Of a stretch of 64,000 nucleotides of DNA, positions 1-13,120 are shown piece by piece (position 1 is the first letter of the stretch; each line of letters starts with the position of its first letter). The stretch lies in assembly GCA_964106915.2 (NCBI GenBank), contig OZ066926.1; one strand, 5' to 3'. The position numbers and the translations under genes are program-made. Below the pieces are notes generated by a model that had not been told where the DNA came from, searched no databases, and was given only the letters and a program-made list of their open reading frames with translations. Origin of the DNA: Podarcis gaigeae. Its lineage: Eukaryota.

Positions 1-273
1 GAATTGAATGTGAAACCACTATGACACCTGTAGCTCTGCGAGGAAAGAATAACAGTTTTCAGCACCCTTGACAAACAAAAGTTGCCAGGAATCTTTGAGG
101 AAGCAATGATTGTTTAAAGTGGTATGCTTTAAATATATAGAGCAAATGGGGCCTCTGTTGAAATAACCCTTCAAGCTGACACTATCTTGGCTCTGGGATA
201 TGATGGCAAACTGGAGGTGCCCAAGAAACAAGCAATTAAAACCTTACCAGTACTAGTTTGCAAACATTCTTAC

Positions 274-328
274 CCTGGAGACCTGAGCACAACGGCATAG
301 CGTGACCACATCCAGGAAGGAGAATATT
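274..328 (-). CDS. FBXL20: FBXL20 coding exon 3 (F-box region)
   Basis: 55 nt, ag|AATATT...TCCAGG|gtaaga; translates (R)IFSFLDVVTLCRCAQVSR; phase matches exon 2. Gene continues beyond window start. Confidence 0.96.
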
Positions 329-1771
329 CTGTTAACAAACACATACATACAAATAACTAAACATTGGAACATGCCCATGGGATTCTCCTCACAAATTGTT
401 TAGCAACAATTGGTATATTTGGTCTTGCAGCCTGTTTCCAGTGCCTGGGCTCAGCCCTGAAAAATTGAAAGTGGAATAGGATTTAACATCTGACCAGTCA
501 AAAAATATGTAGCAATTTGACCGGTCAAATACCTAAAGCACTCATCTAATAGAACTGTAACAAAGATTGATTCTTGGAATAACAAACAGAAAATAATCAA
601 ATATGCATTGTTTCTCTATTAGGGTTAATTCCTTATTATATGACAACCGGAATTAAGAGATACACTTACTACAAACAGCAAAATCAGTTTACTGTTTAAA
701 ATAATGGCAATGAATTCTATCACACTATTTCACACATTATAAATGTCTAACAGCAATATTTATGAGTTCAAGCAATCCTTGTCAATACTGACATGTTTTG
801 TTAAAAATGCAGTTAAATAAAAAAAAAGCAAAGTAAAACTAATAAAAAAGCTAGTAGCATGAATACCATATAGCAAGAATAAAACACAGATTTTAAATGT
901 GGTTGGGGATGAAAAGAGAGGCAGACAGAGATATGATTACTCAGACCCTTGCAGGACTCTTGCCTTTATTACTGAATGGCACTAGGATGCAATTAAAATG
1001 TAGGCCGCCTTTGCGGAACACTTGACTGTACTGAGTTTGCAGCAGGCACTGCCCATCCATTTTCAAATGCATCTTCTCTGTTTAAGGGCTAGCCACTCTT
1101 AGAATTGAAAGTGGAAACTGAACCCATTTTGCACCTTTTCTGTGCTCCTGAAGAGTTATGGCACACAAACGGCCCCTCCTTTAATCTCTTAATACCCTAT
1201 GCGGCATTTACGATACAGACCACAACTGCAACACGCTGGTAACACTACTTCCTTTTGAATGCATTCCTTTTTTTCTGGGATTTATATCCCCTTCTTCTCT
1301 CCCTAAATGTACCTGAATACTAGAAATCTATCCTACACCCAATCCCTCAGAAAAGCTTCAACAAGTATGAAAATTGAGAAACAACAAAGATGCTCTAGTC
1401 ATTAATTTAAATGCATCCGTGTGCTCTCAGGTGGTTTATGATAGGGTTCATTTGCATTGTATCTCCAGGGATGGGCAGATCTCTTTGGGTTAAGAAACCT
1501 ATGCAAACTTTCCAAGGATATTTCAAGGACTAAAAACAGCACTGAAAGCTGCCTGAAAGCTCAGTAGGAATTCTCTTTTAGCCAAGCCGGAGCAGCTTAG
1601 AGACTCTGCAGGCATTGTTTAGTTACACACCCCAGAGCTGCAATGAACTGATGATGATGCAGCTTCTTCTTGCCAACAGTGAGGTTGGAATTCCTCAGAG
1701 CGTTCCCCAGTCTGGGCTAGAACAGGATCCCACAACTCCATACTCCATGAACCTGGCAAAACCATTGTGCA

Positions 1772-1999
1772 TTTGGATTTCACTCCCCTTCAGGAGTCTC
1801 AAAGCGGCTAACATTCTCCTTTCCCTTCCTCCCCCACAACAAACACTCTGTGAGGTGAGTGACTTCAGAGAGAGAGACTTCAGAGAAGTGTGACTGGCCC
1901 AAGGTCACCCAGCAGCTGCATGTGGAGGAGCGGAGACGCGAACCCGGTTCCCCAGATTACAAGACTACCGCTCTTAACCACTACACCACACTGGCTCTC
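1772..1999 (-). mobile_element. tRNA-derived SINE (Squam3-like)
   Basis: Minus strand starts GAGAGCCAGTGTGGTGTAGTGGTTAAGAGCGG (A box)...GGGTTCGCGTCT (B box)...GGGTGACCTTGGGCCAGTCAC...AGCCGCTTTGAGACTCC. Confidence 0.85.
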
Positions 2000-2930
2000 A
2001 ATTTGCATGATTCTTTTTGTGCTCTCCCTCCAAATTATTCCTGCTCACCCTTTCTGTAAAGCAGAAAACGCTTCACATCACTAGGAAGTTAGTCAAGGGG
2101 AGGGGCAGCGATAAGAATCACAAAGATACAAAAAAAGAAGATAATCATGTATTTTACTGGATCACCACCTTGATGTGAAATACATGCAAGTTTTTGATTT
2201 ACACAGACTACATCAAGATGAATGAAGTGGTTAAGAAAGGGTGGGAAGCTGTTCTAGATATTGGCTTAACTCTGGGCATGAATATTATCTAGAAGAAATG
2301 AAAGATCTTTTTACTGAGGTACAGTCATGTTTGTTTGAAATATTTATACACCAAAGAACTTGGAATCTACACACTGGGGGGGGGGATGCGACATATCCAC
2401 TCCTTTGTCCCATTATCATCATCTAGACTGGGAGTACTCTACTGCATATATAAACTGTGTGTTTCCAAACCAGAGCACAATAGGCAAACAGAAAGTAACT
2501 CTCAGGCCCTATCAGACAGCTTTCCCCTTTCCCAGTATGCAGAAGCCTCCCCACTGCCATATATAGCAATCTTGGAGGAGGGTTAGACTTGGCAGAATGC
2601 GTATCACGAGGTTTTAAACCTCAGCTCTCTATGAACCTTTCTTTACTTCTCACTCTTCAGAAATTTCCTCTCCATGCATTTATATGCAACTAAGCATGCA
2701 GGCATTATAACACAACATGGGAAGGTTTTAGGATTGTGAGAAAGAAAGCAAAGAAGATGCATTTTTGTACTGTGGATAAGTCCTCCACTGCAGTTTCTCA
2801 AATGTGAAAGTGCTTTACTGGGTGCCCACCAGACCTCAAGAATGAGTGCCTCTACAAATGTTGCTAGACATTTTAATGTGAGATAAACTGTGGTTGCTAG
2901 GGAGCAGATTTTTAACAGGTGGCCAGTCAA

Positions 2931-3220
2931 TTTATTTATTTTATATTTATACCCCGCCAATTTGGCTGGGTTTCCCCAGCCACTCTGGGCGGCTTCCAAC
3001 AAAATATTAAAATACAATAGTCCGTCAAACCTTAAAAGCTTCCCTAAACAGGGCTGCATTCATATGTCTTCTAAAGTCTAGTAGTTGTTTTTCTCTTTGA
3101 CATCTGGTGGGAGGGCGTTCCACACGGAGGGTGCCACTACCGAGAAGGCCCTCTGCCTGGTTCCCTGTAACTTGACTTCTCGCAGCGAGGGAACCGCTAG
3201 AAGGCCCTTGGCACTGGACT
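2931..3220 (-). mobile_element. L2-type LINE 3' end
   Basis: ORF2 C-terminal remnant (..FRRHMNAALFREAF..), 3' stem-loop region and (AAAT)n tail. Confidence 0.75.
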
Positions 3221-3498
3221 TTTAACATATTATTGCAAGCAAATATTGGGCCAGAGCGCGTTGTAAAGCCCCCAAACACAATGGTATTTATTGTTTAATA
3301 AAACCTTCAGGGAGAAATTTAGTTTAAAAGTCAAATGCTAAGAATGTACCACTACCACCCCAATTACTGCCAAAAAACCCTAGATTCCCATTTGGGTTGT
3401 GGCTTCTTCTAAACCATGTTGATCTATAAAAACCACCAATGAGAGCTAATTTTGAAAGGTGCAAGCATTTAATCATACCTACATTTCACTGAGATATA

Positions 3499-3737
3499 CA
3501 GTGGTACCTTGGTTTAAGAACAGCTTAGTTTATGAACAACTTGGATTAAGAATGCTGCAAACCGGAAGTAGGTGTTTTGGTTTGGGAACTTTGCCTTGGA
3601 AGCAGAACATGTTGAGTGTGTTCCATTTGAAAATTGAGTCCCCAGCTACTATGGGAAAGCACGCCTTGGTTTAAGAACGCTTTGGTTTAAGAATGGACTT
3701 CTGGAATGCATTAAGTTAGTAAATCAAGGTACCACTG
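3499..3737. mobile_element. Tc1/mariner (Tigger-like) MITE
   Basis: TIRs CAGTGGTACCTTG / CAAGGTACCACTG flanked by TA on both sides. Confidence 0.85.
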
Positions 3738-4650
3738 TATAGGCAATCTGTTCTAAGAGAAAGTCCACCTCTATGTTGGCTTTGTGTGCGTGTGTGATCT
3801 CCCATCAGCAACACAAAGGCCACCTTGCCAATAGCCATTTGCTCAGCTCTGCTTTTTAAGAGTAAGACGATTTCAGTCCCTTGCATGTTTAATTAACCTC
3901 CTGACCTCTGTTGCTTAATGCCTCTACTTAAATAGCTCACTTTAGGGGAGGGTGGAATATACTACAGTAAGTAGGAGAGAGAGAGGGACTGATCAGCTCA
4001 GCTCCAAAGTGGCCCCAAGCCACAGTAGCGAGGGAGGAATTTGCTTACTGATTTATAATTTCTTTTTTATACCGCTTAATAAAAATCTCTATGCAGTTTA
4101 CAAGAAAAACACATTAACACAAAAAATGCAAACATTCCTTCTATAAAATTACCCCCAAAACTTGCAAGAAAGCACTAAATGGAAAGTGCCAGCATAACAT
4201 CATACTAGACATCTGACAGTTTCAAGTGGTTTTTCCATTAGTTTACACTTGGGCTTTTATTGTATTGGGTAATTGTTTTATGATAATTATATAGTATTTA
4301 AACTTTTAGCATATTATTTAGCCTTATACACTGTGTATGTATTGGAGTTTTATATTGGAGTCTTATTTCTTAAATTTTCAAGACCAACGATTAGTACAAT
4401 TGTATTTGTGGTTGTTATTGATTATCTGAGGATAATTTAGTGTTGCATTTCTGGGTTTACATGCTATCCAACAACATGTCCTCACTACAATTACTTCTAC
4501 AGCTACTATGGGTAACATGTATCATCCACCAGTATCATTAAGGTGAAATTATGTACTAGGCTGATTATGTTTATTCCACGAGGATACATGTCACCAGAGA
4601 GGTTTATATAGAAAATTTACATGTAGCATGAGGTAAAGGTAAAGGTAAAG

Positions 4651-4808
4651 AATCCCTGAACTCTTCTCCCTTCCCAGCTACTTCAGAAGCATGGCTGGTG
4701 TCATCCTAACAATTACACCCAGGTAGCATGAGGTACCTGGGTGTAATTGTTAGGATGACACCAGCCATGCTTCTGAAGTAGCTGGGAAGGGAGAAGAGTT
4801 CAGGGATT
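4651..4808. repeat. Perfect 75-bp inverted repeat, 8-nt spacer
   Basis: 4651-4725 is the exact reverse complement of 4734-4808. Confidence 0.97.
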
Positions 4809-6175
4809 GTTATTTTTTTAAATGTTGTTATAAATTGTGTGTCTTTGTTTCTCAATTTGATCCTTTGTACGTACTGTGGTATTTTATGCACTGTGAGATG
4901 GTTATTTTTATTGATTATACTTTAGTAATTATTCAATGGAATTGCTAAGGGTGAATTTTTGTTTAATTACTATTTGCTGGTATTTTGAGAGTTAATGTTA
5001 CTGTGTACTATTATATTCTAATGTATTATTGAATATTACTTTATCTGATATTTTTATTGTAAAGTCAAGTTTTTATCATGCTTTTTTTGTATTGGATCAG
5101 ATTATTATAAGGTGTGTGATCTTTGCTGTATACTTGGTTGTTGCAAATCCACCTTGTGCATAGTAATATAGAAAGGTGCTCTACAAATTAAAAGTGAAAT
5201 GGAACGGAATGAAATGAAATGAAGGCAATGTGGAAACCAGGCCTCACTGTTAGCTAAATACTACAGTTAAATGGGGAGGCCTTTTAAAAAAGGCTTCTGA
5301 GTCTAATGTTTGGGACACTGTAGCAGTTGTAGGAATTGTTGCTGAGCAACCAGATGTGCCTCAACCTGCTGTGTTCCAGAACACAGCTTCAAGAGACGTA
5401 TATGAAGGTCAAAGTTGAGGTAAGCGCTCACACTTTCTCTCCAATGGCTCTAGATGTCAGAGTAATCTTTTTGTCCTTACCCATGGGTAGAATCCAAAGG
5501 GGGAGAAAAGCAATTGTTGAATCCCCACTATCACTGGCTGATGAAGGGACTTATTTTATTGGACAAGCATTTTCTAGTCCTAATTTTGTATATTTAAAGG
5601 ATGGGAAAAATAATTTTTGGGACTGCTAGCCAAACCACAAAGAGCTGCAGAAAGATTCCATAAACCCTTGGTGTGTGCAAATACTTGCCCCTTCAAAATG
5701 AGCAATTTTACAAGCTGTCGTAACTACAGCAACCCAGTAAAGGGAAGCTACAAACCTCTCAAAAATAAAGAACATATTAACTGAAACTAACCATGGAAAA
5801 AGCAAAAACACCCTTGCCTGGAATTCAAAGAAATCAAGGGGCTTTCCCAGTTTCCTGTTCTGATTATTACACCTCCTTATATCCTGCATTGGAGACTGAA
5901 TGCTCTCCAAAGTTCCTGTCAGTTTTGAAAACTGCTTCTTGGGCACTGCAGGGAGCCACAATAGGAAAACAGAGCCCAAGGGACAACTATACAGGCAGAA
6001 GCTCTTCATAGAGAGCATTGGATCATACCTTTGAAACCAAGAGCACTGAACTTTCTAGCAATGCAACATAACGTTGTAGATCTTTGTGTGAGAACGGGAA
6101 TCTTGGCGGGGGGGCGGGCGGCGAATTTTGAATGCTATTCTTTTGAAACAAACAGTCTTAGTGAGTGAATGGACA

Positions 6176-6326
6176 GTAAAGCGATGCATGTAGGTGCAAA
6201 AAAAAAATAACCTTAATGTGACATATACAGTCATGTGGGGGGGTTGAACTGGGGGTGACTGACAAGGAACGAGACCTTGGGGTAGTAGTGGATAGCTCAA
6301 TGAACATGTTGTCCCACTGTGTAGCA
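6176..6326 (+). mobile_element. CR1 LINE ORF2 fragment
   Basis: Degenerate K.MHVGAK...VTDKERDLGVVVDSSM.M..HC motif, typical of CR1 ORF2. Confidence 0.75.
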
Positions 6327-7222
6327 CGTCTTAAGTATCTGCCTAGCCTTCCCTTGGACTGACCTGTTTTAATATCACTGCTATATATTCACTTTTGCTC
6401 ACCACACTCACAAATGGGAATGGCTCCCTCTTCTTTCTCCAATGCAAATATAGCTTCCTAGCCATCTCCAAAAACAATCCCCCAGAGATACAATCTGGTT
6501 GAGATTAAACAACAAATACTTAAGAAACAACAGAAAAAACCAGCCTTTAAGGCCAAGGGTAAACAGACACAAAAATTTCCCTGAAAACTGGAGCAGTCAC
6601 TAACCCCTCTTGTCCCATTAACTGGGAACTCCAATTCCTCTGACCATATGCAAAACAGTCAGCCAAACAATTAAACAAACACCCATAATTAAAATCTTCT
6701 GAAATGGCCATACACTAAATATGGAGATAGTCCTCCATATGAAGAAAAAAATGAATGATCTGCCCAGACAGAGAAACAATTATTTTCCAAGTGAGCAAAT
6801 TATCAAACCCACCCAAGCTGTCCTGTTACTGATAGGTATGTGAAAGCAGGCAAAAATTAATTGAGGGCTAGGTTACTGCAATTTTCCACAAGGCTAGATT
6901 AAACAAAAAGCTTTCTCACAAGAATAAGTGACAAAAATCATCACTATAGAAAAGTGCTGCATGGCTTGAAGAAGTGCCATGGGTAAGGGAGCAGGAACCA
7001 TCGCAACATGATCTCTTATGCAGGGATGGATGCCACTGTTCAGGCCTAAGCTCTGGCCTACATTTAATGGACTGACAACACAGTTGTCCTCTAGTTCTCA
7101 GGTGTGCTGGAAAGCAAACAGGTTCCAGATCCGTTCGAATACTAGCACCATAACTCATCAAATGTTATGATATTGTGTTTCCTTCTTTACCACTGCACAT
7201 TTATGTGGCTGCTATCTGTGTT

Positions 7223-7224
<2 letters not shown>

Positions 7225-7252
<28 letters not shown>
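7225..7252. repeat. (GT)14 microsatellite
   Basis: Direct reading. Confidence 0.95.
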
Positions 7253-7253
<1 letters not shown>

Positions 7254-9377
7254 CAAAAGAGTTAGAGCAAGAAAAAACAAACACTGTTGGCATGGTACTC
7301 CTGTCCCCTATTTTCCTCCCTTGTGTTGCCAGAGCATGATGAAGTGGCAGCAGAAAGGGCAAACAAACCTCCAGTGTCAGACACAATGTAGGAATCCCAG
7401 TGCAAAGTCATCATGATTAGAAGCCAACCTGTTGTCCACACTACTGCAACTCAATGGGAGAAAAATAATGCTTTTCACTCAACACCCCCGTACATGAGAC
7501 GTCAGGACATTCTTTGGAATGAAGAAATGAGGGAACAAGAACTTACACAGCAGGGCTGTATGAAAACACACCAGCCTTTGTCTGACAGAAACTGATGCCC
7601 ATTTATAAGCCTGTCCCCTTGATAAGACTCCCTTTCAAAGGCTGCCCTGCCAATGTGCATTAATGAATTTTCGCAGTATGCACAACAGAAAGTTTCCAGT
7701 TCTCAAAACTCTTGCTTATGGTTTAACTTTTTATAAACTCAATCCTCCTCGTTTGTTCCCAAGAGCAAAGTTTGGCAGAACCCTGAATGCAGAACTCAGC
7801 TTCTCAGGAGGAATTCCTGCTGCTAAATAAATCTGCTGCTAAATAAATAAATAAGAAGTGGCTTGCAATACCTCCAAAATTAATCATTTTATTGTGGCAA
7901 AGCTTTCGTAAGCAACAGCTTGCTTCTATACGCATTCCTTAGATGTAAAGAGGTCTCTGGGCTTATCTACATTTTGCCTTTAAGGGAAGCATCATTCCGT
8001 GGCAACTCTATGTAATCTCGAGTATGCAGCTTTCCATAGTAACTCTGCCAACTGCGTGAAGGATTTATATGAGAGCTAGACTACAGCAGAGTAGTGGACA
8101 TTGATTTGGGTTCAAGTCTCTGCTCTCAGTGTATGCAGTCTCAATTGTCCCTACCTTCCCCAACTGCAAGCAAATGGCTTGCTAGTGTGAAAACTCAGGT
8201 AACTGTTGACCCTATGGCCATACCAAAGTGTTTGGTAAAACAGTGCACATCAATAACCTCATAACACAAAGCTGGGCAAGCAATATACAAATACATGAGC
8301 AAATGGGGATGTTTTCATGGGGCCTGCAAGACCAAAACCCCTACGATCAGTACGCAGATTAACAAACATCCAGCAATGGAAATATATGAAAATGCAGTTT
8401 TATTATTTATATCTGAAGAGCTTCAGGCAAGTTACAATACTTAGCAAATCCTCAAAGCAACTATGTGAAGATTCAGCTCAGAGTGTGTGATTTGCTGAAG
8501 GCTAGTCTGATATGCTTCACTGCTAAGTTGATCTTCCATATCCAAAATAAACAAACCTTCTATCCCCCTGATCCGCAATGTGGGCTAAAGTTCAAGAAAC
8601 CAGAGATAACTTTAAGCACCTAAAGTTTTTGTACACTGTACTAGCAGAGATGTTGGAAAAATGTTTGAAATTCCCAAAAACCAGCTCCAAAAGTTTGGGA
8701 GACAGAATCCAATATTTAAGAACGAAATAATCAGTAAGTAAACTTTAGGTATTGACTATTCTGCTAGCTGGAGAGAAAGGCCAAGTGATGCTATCTAACT
8801 GCCAGTATATGATGTCACAACCTTTAAAACTAGCTGTAACAATGTAAAGCAGCCTATTGCTGATCTACCATGTCTGTAACCTGAGCTAACTGGATTGGCA
8901 AGTTTGTTTTACCGGTTCTTTTATCTCACGTTTAACATTAGAGTCCACCACTTTACACTTAAGCAGGTACTTGCTACTGCTCACTGGTATGCACACATAC
9001 AAGCCACCTTAAAAAAAACTGCTGACATTTAGTCGGCAAAGAGGCAGGTAAAACTGGTACAATCTGCAAGCCCGATGAAAGATTAGACAGGTTGGAGTCA
9101 CAAGATGGTAGGTTGAACATAGTAAGTATATAGCTGTCCCTTTACTATTTTTACACTTTCATAAGGAATATAGTATCTGTCACTGACTTGATAGAATCAA
9201 ATTTTAGGCAGTAGAATAGAGCATACAATCCATAAATCAAGATTTGAGAGACAGACTCAACTCCTCCTATCAGTTCACACGTAGTTCATGATTTTTGAAA
9301 AGGAGAATTATAGGATGAGTGAATAACAGCTCTGCATCTTTATATTGGATTTCCAGTGTCAACTTTAATAGCAAATG

Positions 9378-9434
9378 TTTCCCATCCCTCCTCTATTTGC
9401 ATTACATTTCCCATCCCTCCTCTATTTGCATTAC
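9378..9434. repeat. 29-bp-period tandem duplication
   Basis: TTTCCCATCCCTCCTCTATTTGCATTAC occurs twice, 29 bp apart. Confidence 0.9.
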
Positions 9435-10745
9435 CAAAAGCTAACAAAATATTATATACCACTAATAAACATTTTTCTTTGTTTGCTCTTTAGGCTATGT
9501 GTATTCTTAATTCCTGAGTTTATTTTTGTGACATCTTCAGGTACCTTGTATGTGCGGCAGAAGAGACACATTTAACAATAGTTCCAACTAGGGATGCTTG
9601 AGGAATGCCATATTTATGAATTCTGATATGAACTGACACCTCCCAGACTAATGTGCAGTTCAGAATTTAGTTTTAACAATTTTTACGCTCACTTTCCTAA
9701 TGTTCCAATGCTGTCCTTAGCTCTAAAAATGTACCAATATTTGTTAGAATGTGCATTGTGCAAGAAAATGCATTTAGATATGAGTGTTTTGAGAGATGCA
9801 AATTTTCATGCAGATCTTTAAAAAAAATGCAAATCAACGTGGAAACTGGAGAGAAGCAACTGACAAGTGAACACATGTGAAGTGTCACAGACTGTAAACA
9901 GGTTGACTAGTCCATTTGTAGTTCCAACAGTAAACCAGTGGTCAAGTTCTAGCTTCAACACAAGTTTATTATTAACAACTGTATCTAACTGCTAGCAATC
10001 AATTCTAATAAAACTTCAGAAGATAAAGCCAGGGTGTAAATCTTTAAAATTACATTCACGTCAAACTCTCAGTCAACCAGTTATTACTGGCTACAAACCA
10101 CTAAAGGATAGTCAGGAGCTTAAAAACAACAACACTGTAATATTAACCATCCTGAATGGCTGGAAAATGATCCCCCTTGCATTTGGAAGCCGATGGCAGT
10201 GGCATAAAAATCTATAAAGTTAGTTTTAATTTCCTCATTCAAAGATTTGAAAATTTTGAGCTGCGAGTTGGCTCAAACTGAAGCACCTTGACCACAGTTG
10301 CTCTCTTTGGGAATCTAAAGCAGATTAGCAGTCATGCTGCCTTTCTTTTTAGGAGTCTACTTGTTTCTAATACACTGTTGCATATTGGTAAATAGATTAA
10401 TTACAAAGACCCCATAGTCTCCTGTGCTTTTTTCAGCCAAAGAAAACCAAACCACATAGTACTGTCCCTGAACTTCTCATTGCTTAAGGAAGAGGTAGTG
10501 GCAAGGCACATACCAATATACCTTATTTAGGTTCCTAATGCCTGTTGATTCTGCATGGCATAACCACACTCAGTAAAACTAGCCTGACTGACAGATTAAG
10601 AGTTTTGGGAGATGTTTGCATAATTCTGCGCCACCTTCAGAATTTGTTGAATTTACGATTTTATTGACTTACAGTCAACTATGGTCTCTGCTCACTCAGC
10701 TATTACCAAAACTCCTAGACCTGCACAAGCCAAAAGGCGACTTAC

Positions 10746-10807
10746 CGAAGCAGCAGTTCTTTGGGAAGTTTTTTGTTGATTGCAGCCTCATCACTGTTTG
10801 AGAACAT
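10746..10807 (-). CDS. FBXL20: FBXL20 coding exon 2
   Basis: 62 nt, ttgcag|ATGTTC...CTTCG|gtaagt; MFSNSDEAAINKKLPKELLL(R), the FBXL20/FBXL2 F-box start. Confidence 0.96.
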
Positions 10808-11809
10808 CTGCAATAGAGAAAGCAACAACATGCCTTTACCCTGTTGTGTGGATCATTATCTCTTACAAACTTGGGGGAGCATGGCAACTTCATAAGGGAA
10901 AGCTAATTTTGAGACAATCTGAAAAGGTGGCATTTGAAGAAGACATAGTGCCTTGCATGTTTATTTTAAAAGGCTGGTATTAAAATATAGTGCAACTCAC
11001 ACTGAACATTTGGGGTTGTGTTGAATTCTAAATGAACTAGCCTGAATAATATGGCTGTTTATTTTGGTTTCTCAGTAACAGACCATACACCATATGCCCC
11101 ACCCCCCAAACCCTCAAGTGTGTCCCTTTTTCCTGCTGGATTATGTGGATGTGCAACAGCTAGATACAGACTGAAAAGAATGGATCAGAATTCCAAATAC
11201 AATTTCCCTTTTATTAATTAGGTGAACAGGTTCTAGCCCCCTAAAATAATTTCCTGTTTCAGATTGAACCTTGATCCTGGGTCATATTTGCTTTCTCAAA
11301 AGTGTACATCTTGGATCACTTGCTTGAGTCGTTTCCTCTGAAAACACCTTGGTGTGCTGCTTGTTTGTTTGCCCCCTATCTATTAATGGAGCACTCTCTT
11401 GTAACAGAGCTATAACAGACCTTGAGATAGAGAGATGTACTTCTAGATAGTCATTTATCTCCAAGTCACATCACTTGCTCATCTAGCAGGTAAGGGTAAC
11501 CCTAACACATCAACTGTTTATTTTTGTTATAATTTGTTTAATGTCTGTGTCACCTAACAAGTGTGACTCACAATAAAAGCAAAAACCTACAATGCCACAA
11601 ATACAATTCGTTGGGGTTTGTTTTTTAAAAAAATAAAAAATACACCAACAGAATAAAGGAGACATCAACAACAAAGTACTATTTTAAACAGAAAAACCAA
11701 ATAGACACAGACCCCTTAATCGGCAAATAATAACCCCAATGAACAGTAGTAATCCACCAACATTTGTCAAACTGAGCTCTTCAGGATTTCATATCATAAA
11801 CCATTTCTC

Positions 11810-11945
11810 AGAGCATATGGTGTAGTAAATCATGCTGAAGATAAACAGGTCTGGGTTTGGTCAGTGCCTGGATGGAAAAATGTCTGGGAACCCTATGTAC
11901 ACTTCTTTGTATTCCAATATGGAAGAATGGTGATATATAAATAGG
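11810..11945 (+). mobile_element. 5S rRNA-derived SINE remnant
   Basis: GAAGATAAACAGGTCTGGGTTTGGTCAGTGCCTGGATGG...CTGGGAA resembles the 5S internal control region, followed by a LINE-like tail. Confidence 0.6.
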
Positions 11946-12645
11946 AATGCAGGAAATTGTGTAGTCACTATAGTGGAGGGGAGCTGGCTGATGGTAAACT
12001 CAGTAGTGTGGGCTATTTCTTTGGCATTTGGACTTTGCACTCCAAAGATGGAAAGTTGGCATAACCGGTGGAAGTTTGCTGGGCATACGTCAGCTAACAG
12101 CCATGTGTTTCTCTCAGCATCTGTATCCCCATCAGTACCAAATTCACGTACACTCTTCACTTGGAGAAGCCACAGCAGGCATACAATTCAACAGTTCAGA
12201 TTTCTACACAAAGAGGAAGGAGTATGCAAACAGGGCCAAGAACTGAAGTAGTGGGCCAGCTCAGTCACAGAAATCAGGATTTTAAAAAATCCATGTGTAG
12301 TATGTATTAAGATTTCAGCTGCCATGTAAAAGACACAAGCTGGCTTGAGAGAGCAGGGGAACAAGACAATAATTATTTGCTTCGGGTTTAAAATAGCCCA
12401 GCACGCTAAGCATTTTTTATGTGTGAATATGCAGGTAATCTCTGTGCATTGTGGCTATGGCTTTGCAGAAATAGACAAATAGGGACACTGTTTCCATAGA
12501 GTTACACTGCAGGTAGGTAGCATTTGTGAAATGCTGAAAAAAAAAGTTATCAACATGTAACCACATCAGTTACCTAGAATTTTGATGCCAGTTCCTAAAA
12601 ATTGCCCCACCAACCCAAGAAAATCCCAGAAAATGATTTGCTCAC

Positions 12646-12693
12646 CTGACAGAATTGGAGGCCCAGTTCAGAAAGCACATACCATGGGCTCAT
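12646..12693 (-). CDS. FBXL20: Candidate alternative first coding exon of FBXL20 (MSPWYVLSELGLQFCQ)
   Basis: ATG with G at -3, 16 open codons, CAG|gtgagc donor, phase 0; TATAAAAG and CAGGAAGT just upstream. No transcript evidence available. Confidence 0.45.
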
Positions 12694-13021
12694 TCCTGAC
12701 ACACGGTTCCCTCATCCACTTCCTGGTTCTTTTATATTTGCTGTTAATAGCCAAATGAGAAAACTTGGGTTAGCACCTTGCCTCCAAACCGTGATTTGAA
12801 ACCACACTTTGAAAGGGCTTTGTAAATCATGGTTTGGAGTCAAGACACCAGCCACATTTTGCCAATTCAGACCTCTTGCTATCATCATCCTTGGCCATCG
12901 TTCATGTCAGCTGGGGTACATGTGCGTTGGGAGTTCAATAATAGCCAAAGTGTAACAACAGATACCCCACACCCAGTTTACTATGATGTTTGAGTACGTA
13001 AAAAGTTAAATGAAGAATTTG

Positions 13022-13120
13022 CTTGTGGTGTAATTAAGGACAGAGTCTTGTCCTTGGGGTGCAAGACCTGGGTTCAAATACCCACCAAATTCACTGGGTG
13101 ACCTCGGGCCATTCAGTCTT
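13022..13120 (+). mobile_element. MIR/CORE-like tRNA SINE fragment
   Basis: GTGGTGTAATT..AGACCTGGGTTCAAATACC..GGGTGACCTCGGGC. Confidence 0.65.

Noticed and set aside
1920-1999. tRNA-like A/B boxes (also ~13022, ~15410-15510, ~62995, ~63900)
   Set aside because: They continue into SINE bodies and lack a cloverleaf; not tRNA genes.
11840-11900. 5S rRNA gene
   Set aside because: Partial, diverged and fused to a LINE-like tail; a SINE remnant.
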